From assembly GCF_003072485.1 (NCBI RefSeq), contig NZ_CP025989.1, forward strand, positions 480,001-512,000: a DNA stretch of 32,000 nt, written 5' to 3'. Shown here one piece after another: positions 25,716 to 32,000 of the stretch. Below the pieces are notes generated by a model, which worked only from the letters and a program-made list of their open reading frames with translations, ran no database searches and had not been told where the DNA came from. The position numbers and the translations under genes are program-made. Numbering within the stretch: position 1 is the stretch's first letter; the number at the start of each line of letters is the position of its first letter. The stretch comes from Candidatus Fokinia solitaria (GTDB lineage: Bacteria > Pseudomonadota > Alphaproteobacteria > Rickettsiales > Midichloriaceae).

Positions 25716-26900
25716 TTATACCGTAATACACATAGCAACTCCCATACCTCCACCTACACATAAAGTAGCGAGTCCTTTTCCTCCGCCTCTTTTACGTAAA
25801 GCATGTATGAGTGTGACTAATATTCTTGCACCTGAGGCGCCAATTGGATGACCTAATGCAATTGCACCTCCATTCACATTCACTATATCTTCGTTCCACA
25901 GCATTTCTTTATTTACTGCTATGGCTTGCGCGGCAAAAGCCTCATTTGCTTCAATCAGATTTAAATCCGCAACTTTCCATCCTGCATACTGTAATGCTTT
26001 TCGCGATGCCGAGACTGGCCCTATCCCCATAATTGCAGGATCAACGCCGGATTGCGCAAATGATTCTATCGTTGCAAGTATAGTCAAATTTCTACTCTTC
26101 GCATAAGCTTCCGATGTAAGGATAACATATGCAGCACCATCATTAATAGGAGAAGAGTTACCTGCCGTAACCGTACCATTCTTCTGAAAAGCTGGACGAA
26201 GAGTAAAGATCTTTTCAAGATCTGCTAATTTTACTGATTCATCTAAAGTAAATACTATCTCTCCTTTTTTGTGATCTTGCGTAACAATTGGCGCAATCTC
26301 ACTAAGAAATGCATCATTTTTTCTTGCAAGATTAGCTTTTTCCTGCGATTTCATCGCAAAAGCATCTTGTTCTTGTCGGCTAATATTATACTTTATCGCG
26401 AGATTTTCTGCAGTAATTCCCATATGTATATTATTGAACGGATCTAAAAGACCATCAAATATCATAACATCCTGTAATAATGCATTGCCAAGCTTTGTAG
26501 CACTACGTAAATGCGTAGCATGAGGCACTTTAGACATACTTTCTTGCCCTCCTGCTATTACTATACTATTTTCATTATCATGAGAATTGAATATAGAGTT
26601 CATGCCAAGATGTATCGCTCTCAAGCCAGAACCACACACTTGATTCACAAGCCAAGCCGGAGTATGCGTCGGTATTTTAGCGCCTAGAGAAAGCTGTCTT
26701 GCAGGATTTTGTCCGCATAATGATGTCAATACTTGCCCTACAATGACTTCAGTGATTTCTTGGTGTTTTACTCCTACTTCCGATAGTAGTTTCTCTATCA
26801 CCTGTATCCCTATTTCATGAGCGTGTAATTTCTTCAAAGCACCGCTAAGCATACCAATTGGACTGCGTTTCGCGCCTACTATAACAATTTTGTTACGCAT
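25716..26900 (-). CDS. acetyl-CoA C-acetyltransferase (thiolase II)
   Basis: Active-site Cys in NQVCGSGLRA. Then NGGAIALGHPIGASGARIL and the C-terminal CVGGGMGVAM. Confidence 0.93.
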   Translation of the reverse strand: MRNKIVIVGAKRSPIGMLSGALKKLHAHEIGIQVIEKLLSEVGVKHQEITEVIVGQVLTSLCGQNPARQLSLGAKIPTHTPAWLVNQVCGSGLRAIHLGMNSIFNSHDNENSIVIAGGQESMSKVPHATHLRSATKLGNALLQDVMIFDGLLDPFNNIHMGITAENLAIKYNISRQEQDAFAMKSQEKANLARKNDAFLSEIAPIVTQDHKKGEIVFTLDESVKLADLEKIFTLRPAFQKNGTVTAGNSSPINDGAAYVILTSEAYAKSRNLTILATIESFAQSGVDPAIMGIGPVSASRKALQYAGWKVADLNLIEANEAFAAQAIAVNKEMLWNEDIVNVNGGAIALGHPIGASGARILVTLIHALRKRGGGKGLATLCVGGGMGVAMCITV

Positions 26901-27291
26901 TCTAATAAATCAAATTATTAGCTCTTTTAAAAAGCACATAATATGATTATATAATACATATAAATTTAATACAAGAAGATATTATATCAATGAAAAGTAT
27001 GCTTTCTTGGATTTTTCACTATAAAATCGATCACTATATCAGTAAAAGGTAAGATGATAGTTAGCAATTCTCTTTATTGACAGAACTTCTATTATCAATA
27101 TCTTCATTTGAAAGACGAAAGACCTCTATCTTTGAGAGAAATCGATAGCAAAAATGAATTCTTCTTCTCTCTTAAGGAAATAAAGAACTAACCATGCACT
27201 TCATCCAACACTAGGACACCGATAAAACTCTATATCTGCTTTGATAGAACTACTAGAGATATGTCATTATCCAGCTTCGAAGCTTCACTTA

Positions 27292-27328
27292 TCTTGTGAG
27301 AACAGAAGAAGCACGTGTTCTCACAAGA
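27292..27328. repeat. inverted repeat / hairpin (12-13 bp perfect arms, 11-nt loop) downstream of rpoC
   Basis: cttgtgagaaca (27293-27304) and tgttctcacaag (27316-27327) are exact reverse complements, and t27292/a27328 extend the stem. It lies about 80 nt past the rpoC stop on the minus strand. No U-tract follows on either strand, so it is not a canonical intrinsic terminator. A 12-bp palindrome agcttcgaagct sits at 27273-27284. Confidence 0.85.
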
Positions 27329-27406
27329 AGAGTGAAAATTACAAAGAAAATGCACGTTATAATGTGCGAAAACACTCCACAACAAATATTTTCTAATATT
27401 TCAGAA

Positions 27407-30400
27407 TTATTGTCCTTTTTTCGCAGCTACATCAGACATATCCATAACTCTCTTCTCCATATTAATTTGCTCAGCTTCTTTCTTTTCTAAATCCTCGATA
27501 ATCGAATCTGCATTCTTCACCATTAAGTCATAATGAAATCCAGTACCTGCTTTGATAAGTTTTCCGCATATAATACTTGCTTTTAAGCTTTGTGCATAAT
27601 CTCTTTTCCCTTTTATCGCAGCTTCAATGAGAACATTGGTAGTTTCCTGGAATGAAGCAGCGGCTAAGAAAGAAGGATTACTCACAGCGATATTACTAAT
27701 TCCCTGTAATACGACTTTCACCTCTGGAAGCACAGCTTTATTAAGTGGCACTTTGATATTTTTCTTAGCTTTTATCAAGTCCTCTTCATTAATAATCTCT
27801 CCTTCTACTAAATTTGTGCTACCTGCGCTAATTACCTCCATTCTTCCCATCATCTGACGTAATAACACTTCTATATGCTTATTATGGATACTTACTCCCT
27901 GTAATCGATATACTTGCTTTATTTCAGATATCATATACCTCGCAAGTGCTTCTTTTCCCATTACGCTTAGAATCTCACTAGGAGAAACATCCCCCTCTAC
28001 TAACAAAGCTCCTCGCTTTACAAATTCTTCAGAATTAACAACTACGTTTCTATATCTAGGCACAAAATACTCGTGCGGTTTTTCATTCTCATTTAAAGGC
28101 GTGACTATAAGACGTCTCTTGGATTTATAATCCTTTCCGAAACTTACAACGCCGTCTATTTCGCTTATAATTGAATGCTCTTTCGGCTCTCTAGCTTCAA
28201 ACAATTCTACAACTCTCGGCAATCCTCCTATGATATCTCGTGCTTTAGATGAGCCTTTAGGTACTCTCGCCATGATATCTCCAATCTCTACATTCTGTCC
28301 TTCTACTACACTTAAAACAGCGTCTTTTGGTAAAACATATCTAACTATTGTCTCATCGGCATATTTCACTGGCTGCTCATCTTCTCCTAAGATAACAATG
28401 CTAGGTTCTAATTTTATGTCTCTCCTATTACATTCATTTACTACGATCGTAGCACGACCGGTAATATCATCAAAAAGCTCATTAATAGTTACTCCATCTA
28501 CAAAATCTACAAATTTTATTTTTCCTTTTTTCTCGGTAATTACAGGAATTATCAAAGGTTCCCATTCAGCAATCGGAGTACCAATTACCACTGCATCTCC
28601 ATCTTTCAGAAGCATTTTTGATCCATAAGGAATTTTATAGATCGCTTTAGGATAATTTACTTCATCTACAACTACAGCTTCACAATTTCTACTCATTACA
28701 ATAACTTCTCCATTCTCACGAGTAACAAAATTTTGATGCTTGACGCGTAGAATACCGTTATGTGAACTAATTACGAAGGACTCAACATCTGATTGCTGTA
28801 CTGCACCACCTATGTGAAAAGTTCTTAACGTAAGCTGAGTACCAGGCTCGCCGATAGATTGCGCTGCTATCACACCAACAGGCGTACCTAAATCCACAAG
28901 CTTATCACTTTTATATGCTAAATCAGTACCATAGCAAACACTGCATATACCGCTATTAGGCGCTTTACAAAATAAAGACGATCTCACACCTATAGATTCG
29001 ATGCCATTTTCCTCAAGCAATACGACATCCTTAGCATTAAGAACTTTTCCTTTGGATAAAAGAAGCTGACCATCATTTCTACTAAATACATCATGCGCTA
29101 ACACTCTTCCGGATGCCATAGCTACAAAAGTAGATACCAATTCTCCACTATCTATCTCCGCAGAACAGCTTAAAAACTCTTCAGTACCACAATCATACAT
29201 ATTAATCACAGAATCCTGTGCAGCATCAATCAATCTTCTCTCTAAGTAACCAGAATCTGCAGTCTTCAAGGCAGTATCTACTAACCCTTTACGCGCACCG
29301 TAAGTAGAAAGGAAATATTCTATAGGACTAAGTCCTTCTTTGAAGTTGGACAATATCGGAGTTTCAATGATTGTACCGTCCGCACGCGCAATAAGTCCAC
29401 GCGCACCTGATATCTGTTTTAGCTGCGCAGGAGAGCCTCTTGCGCCAGAAGCGATCATCATCCACAATCCATTTCCTCTTGCCTTTGCATCATTCTGCAA
29501 AGCAAATACAACATCATTACCTATACTTTCATTACATCTTAGCCAAGCATCGACAGCTTTATTATATTTCTCACCTGATGTAATGAAGCCATTTTGATAT
29601 TGCTGATCGTAAAGCTCAATCTCTCTCGTTGTTACGTCAATATGTCTTTTCTTTGAATCTGGAACTACTAAATCATCTTTACATATAGATACTCCTGCGA
29701 TTGTGGCGTAGCGAAAGCCAAGCTCCATTATCGCATCAAGAAATTCTGCTACAAAATTTAGCGAAGTAAACTCATGAACATGCTCGACAAGTTCGCTAAT
29801 TTCTTTTTTCGCAAGTGCTTTATTTGCATATTCTATGCGTATCTCTTGATGATCAGGTAATTTCTCCATGACTAACACTCTTCCAGGTGTAGTCGTAATG
29901 ATCTTCATGATCACATTTCCATCGATATCGTAAAGCTTTTTTCTAAAATAGATCTTCTTATGTAAAGGAATTTTTTTATGAAATAAAGCCAATTTTAACT
30001 CTTGAATAGAGTAAAAAATCGGTATGTCATCAGTTTCATTTTCATCCATACCAAGCGTCAGATAATACAGTCCAAGTATCATATCTTTTGCAGGAGTCAT
30101 AATGCACTGTCCATTTGCAGGATTCAGAATATTCTTAGCTGAATGCATCAACAATAATGCTTCAATCTGTGCTTCTATTGTAATAGGTAGATGCACAGCC
30201 ATTTGATCTCCGTCGAAATCCGCATTGAATGCAGCGCACACAAGAGGATGAAGTTTAATTGCAACACCTTCGACTAGCACCACTTCAAAAGCTTGTATAC
30301 CAAGCCTATGAAGAGTAGGAGCACGATTCAGCAAAACAGGATGATCTCTCACTACTTGAGGTAAGATCTTAATGACCATTGGATCGTGCTTCTGCACCAA

Positions 30401-31591
30401 GTTTTTTGCTTTTCTAAAAGTCGATACCTTTCCTGATTTCTCGAGTGCCGCTATCAAAAAAGGTTTGAATAATTCTATTGCCATATGGTACGGCAATCCA
30501 CATTGATGAAGCTTAAGATTAGGTCCTACAACTATTACTGCACGCCCTGAATAATCGACACGTTTTCCTAAAAGATTTTGTCTAAACCTACCTTGCTTTC
30601 CTTTTAGCATATCGGTCAATGATTTTAGAGGTCTTTTAACACTTCTCCCCATTACTCTATTACCCTTATTCTCTATGAGAGTATCAACAGCTTCTTGCAA
30701 CATTCTCTTCTCATTGCATACGACAATATCAGGCGCATTAAGATCTAAAAGCTTCTTCAATCTGTTGTTTCTGTTGATCACTCTACGATAAAGCTCGTTT
30801 AAATCAGAAGTAGCGAATCTTCCACCTTCTAAAGGAATGAGAGGTCTAAGATCAGGCGGCATCACTGGAAGTACATCTAATACCATAAAAGATGGCGCAT
30901 TCTTCGATTCAATAAAATCTTCCACTATCGATAACCGCTTCTTCAATTTTGTTTTCTTCAATTCTGATCCAGTCTGAGATATAGCTTCAAGAATACGATT
31001 TCTCTCATATTTTACATCAATATCAGAAAGCAAGCTTTTTATAACTTCCGCTCCTGTGCCAGCTTTAAACGATCCATCTTCACACTGTCTAGAGGCAATT
31101 TTAAATTCTGCTTCTGAAATTATATCGCCTTTTTTAAGCTGAGTATTAGATGGCTCAAGTACTATATAACTTTCAAAGTATATTATCTTTTCCAAATCTG
31201 ATGGAGAGATATCTAGCAACAATCCTATCCTGCAAGGTAGTGATCTAAAATACCACGTATGAACAACAGGCACTGCTAGTGTAATATGCCCCATTCTGCG
31301 TCTTCTTTCACTTGCAGATGTTACCTCAACTCCACATTTATCACATACTATCACATTGTATTTCATGCCTTTATACTTTCCGCATAAGCACTCATAGTCT
31401 TTGAGAGGGCCAAATATACGCGCACAGAAGAGTCCTCCTAATTCCGGTTTATAACTTCTATAATTTATAGTATCAGGCAAAAGAACTTCTCCATAAGACC
31501 AAGCTAAGACATCACTAGGAGAAGCAAGCGTTACATGTACACTATTAAAATCAGTTCTACTGAACATACCTATATTTTGTGATGTATACAT
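27407..31591 (-). CDS. rpoC: DNA-directed RNA polymerase subunit beta'
   Basis: Zinc-finger region CLCGKYKGMKYNVIVCDKCGVEV, catalytic NADFDGDQMAVH, and bridge-helix/trigger-loop blocks (GARKGLVDTALKTADSGYLERRL). Length 1,394 aa. Confidence 0.98.
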   Translation of the reverse strand: MYTSQNIGMFSRTDFNSVHVTLASPSDVLAWSYGEVLLPDTINYRSYKPELGGLFCARIFGPLKDYECLCGKYKGMKYNVIVCDKCGVEVTSASERRRRMGHITLAVPVVHTWYFRSLPCRIGLLLDISPSDLEKIIYFESYIVLEPSNTQLKKGDIISEAEFKIASRQCEDGSFKAGTGAEVIKSLLSDIDVKYERNRILEAISQTGSELKKTKLKKRLSIVEDFIESKNAPSFMVLDVLPVMPPDLRPLIPLEGGRFATSDLNELYRRVINRNNRLKKLLDLNAPDIVVCNEKRMLQEAVDTLIENKGNRVMGRSVKRPLKSLTDMLKGKQGRFRQNLLGKRVDYSGRAVIVVGPNLKLHQCGLPYHMAIELFKPFLIAALEKSGKVSTFRKAKNLVQKHDPMVIKILPQVVRDHPVLLNRAPTLHRLGIQAFEVVLVEGVAIKLHPLVCAAFNADFDGDQMAVHLPITIEAQIEALLLMHSAKNILNPANGQCIMTPAKDMILGLYYLTLGMDENETDDIPIFYSIQELKLALFHKKIPLHKKIYFRKKLYDIDGNVIMKIITTTPGRVLVMEKLPDHQEIRIEYANKALAKKEISELVEHVHEFTSLNFVAEFLDAIMELGFRYATIAGVSICKDDLVVPDSKKRHIDVTTREIELYDQQYQNGFITSGEKYNKAVDAWLRCNESIGNDVVFALQNDAKARGNGLWMMIASGARGSPAQLKQISGARGLIARADGTIIETPILSNFKEGLSPIEYFLSTYGARKGLVDTALKTADSGYLERRLIDAAQDSVINMYDCGTEEFLSCSAEIDSGELVSTFVAMASGRVLAHDVFSRNDGQLLLSKGKVLNAKDVVLLEENGIESIGVRSSLFCKAPNSGICSVCYGTDLAYKSDKLVDLGTPVGVIAAQSIGEPGTQLTLRTFHIGGAVQQSDVESFVISSHNGILRVKHQNFVTRENGEVIVMSRNCEAVVVDEVNYPKAIYKIPYGSKMLLKDGDAVVIGTPIAEWEPLIIPVITEKKGKIKFVDFVDGVTINELFDDITGRATIVVNECNRRDIKLEPSIVILGEDEQPVKYADETIVRYVLPKDAVLSVVEGQNVEIGDIMARVPKGSSKARDIIGGLPRVVELFEAREPKEHSIISEIDGVVSFGKDYKSKRRLIVTPLNENEKPHEYFVPRYRNVVVNSEEFVKRGALLVEGDVSPSEILSVMGKEALARYMISEIKQVYRLQGVSIHNKHIEVLLRQMMGRMEVISAGSTNLVEGEIINEEDLIKAKKNIKVPLNKAVLPEVKVVLQGISNIAVSNPSFLAAASFQETTNVLIEAAIKGKRDYAQSLKASIICGKLIKAGTGFHYDLMVKNADSIIEDLEKKEAEQINMEKRVMDMSDVAAKKGQ

Positions 31592-31632
31592 GATGAATAA
31601 ATATTAAATGATAAAAGAAAAAGATTGTAAGT

Positions 31633-32000
31633 TTATGATTTTACTTCAACATCATCCTTTCTTATTTCTACGTCCTTTATTTTTGTATATGTGCCACGAG
31701 ATTGAAATCCTTCATCATAAGATAGCTTTACATGTAATCCAAGAGATCTCATCTCGCTTAAAAGGATGTAGCTAGATTCAGGCATAATAGTACAATAACT
31801 CATTGCACGTATATGCTCCATAAGCTTACATATATCTCTAAATGCAGCATTACGTCCATCCACAGAATCCGATTTGATCGTTAGCATCTCATATAAATTA
31901 TATGCAGCACCATATCCTTCTAATGCCCACACCTCCATTTCTCCTAAACGCTGTCCTCCTCCTTTAGCTTTTCCTCCTAGAGGTTGCTGTGTTATACACG
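31633..32000 (-). CDS. rpoB: DNA-directed RNA polymerase subunit beta, C-terminal fragment (gene continues beyond the window)
   Basis: The reverse translation reads ...[46 protein letters not shown]..., the conserved RpoB C-terminal block. The stop is 41 bp upstream of the rpoC start, so the two genes are separate rather than fused. Confidence 0.95.
   Translation of the reverse strand, partial: CITQQPLGGKAKGGGQRLGEMEVWALEGYGAAYNLYEMLTIKSDSVDGRNAAFRDICKLMEHIRAMSYCTIMPESSYILLSEMRSLGLHVKLSYDEGFQSRGTYTKIKDVEIRKDDVEVKS

Noticed and set aside
27296-27490. 64-aa plus-strand ORF starting inside the hairpin region
   Set aside because: It begins at GTG within the inverted repeat, runs antisense into the rpoC 3' end, and has no motif. 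It is probably spurious.
31592-31632. Possible rpoB-rpoC gene fusion, which I recall being reported in some reduced alphaproteobacteria
   Set aside because: rpoB ends with an in-frame stop at 31633-31635, and rpoC has its own ATG 41 bp downstream. The two genes are separate here.

Overview
Visibly AT-rich, gene-dense chromosomal window with 27 protein-coding genes (one truncated by the window edge) and one tRNA. It uses the standard bacterial code, since TGA, TAA and TAG are all used as stops. By inference the source is a reduced obligate-intracellular alphaproteobacterium, Rickettsiales-like. Supporting signs are a GatB whose N-terminus lacks the usual Cys cluster, tandem NifS-like and IscS desulfurases behind an Rrf2/IscR regulator, a stand-alone VirB8-like gene, weak Shine-Dalgarno sequences and very short or overlapping gene junctions. 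I cannot name the genus. Most genes are housekeeping: BI-1/YccA, pgsA, acpS, ackA, gatB, fabZ, ubiE, a CDF metal exporter, murB, dsbD, tatD, rplK, rplS, folE, rsmD, iscR-nifS-iscS-iscU, queE, clpB, aspS, a thiolase, rpoC and the 3' end of rpoB. No transposase, integrase, phage gene, CRISPR array or rRNA is visible. Classical operons are strongly fragmented and the coding strand switches about ten times. The clear outlier is a 1,166-aa Q/K/E/N/L-rich coiled-coil ORF (9915-13415). It has no signal peptide and no recognisable catalytic domain. Its C-terminal third is a mosaic of in-frame DNA repeats, including a perfect 100-bp duplication. It is the best candidate for something new, either a translocated effector or an intermediate-filament-like scaffold. 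A divergent orphan VirB8-like gene lies 1.7 kb away. Secondary oddities: rplK sits outside its universal nusG-rplKAJL-rpoBC context although rpoBC is in the same window; a truncated isc cluster is followed by queE; a 506-bp non-coding spacer with a 12-13 bp-stem hairpin lies downstream of rpoC; and a tRNA begins one nucleotide after a stop codon.
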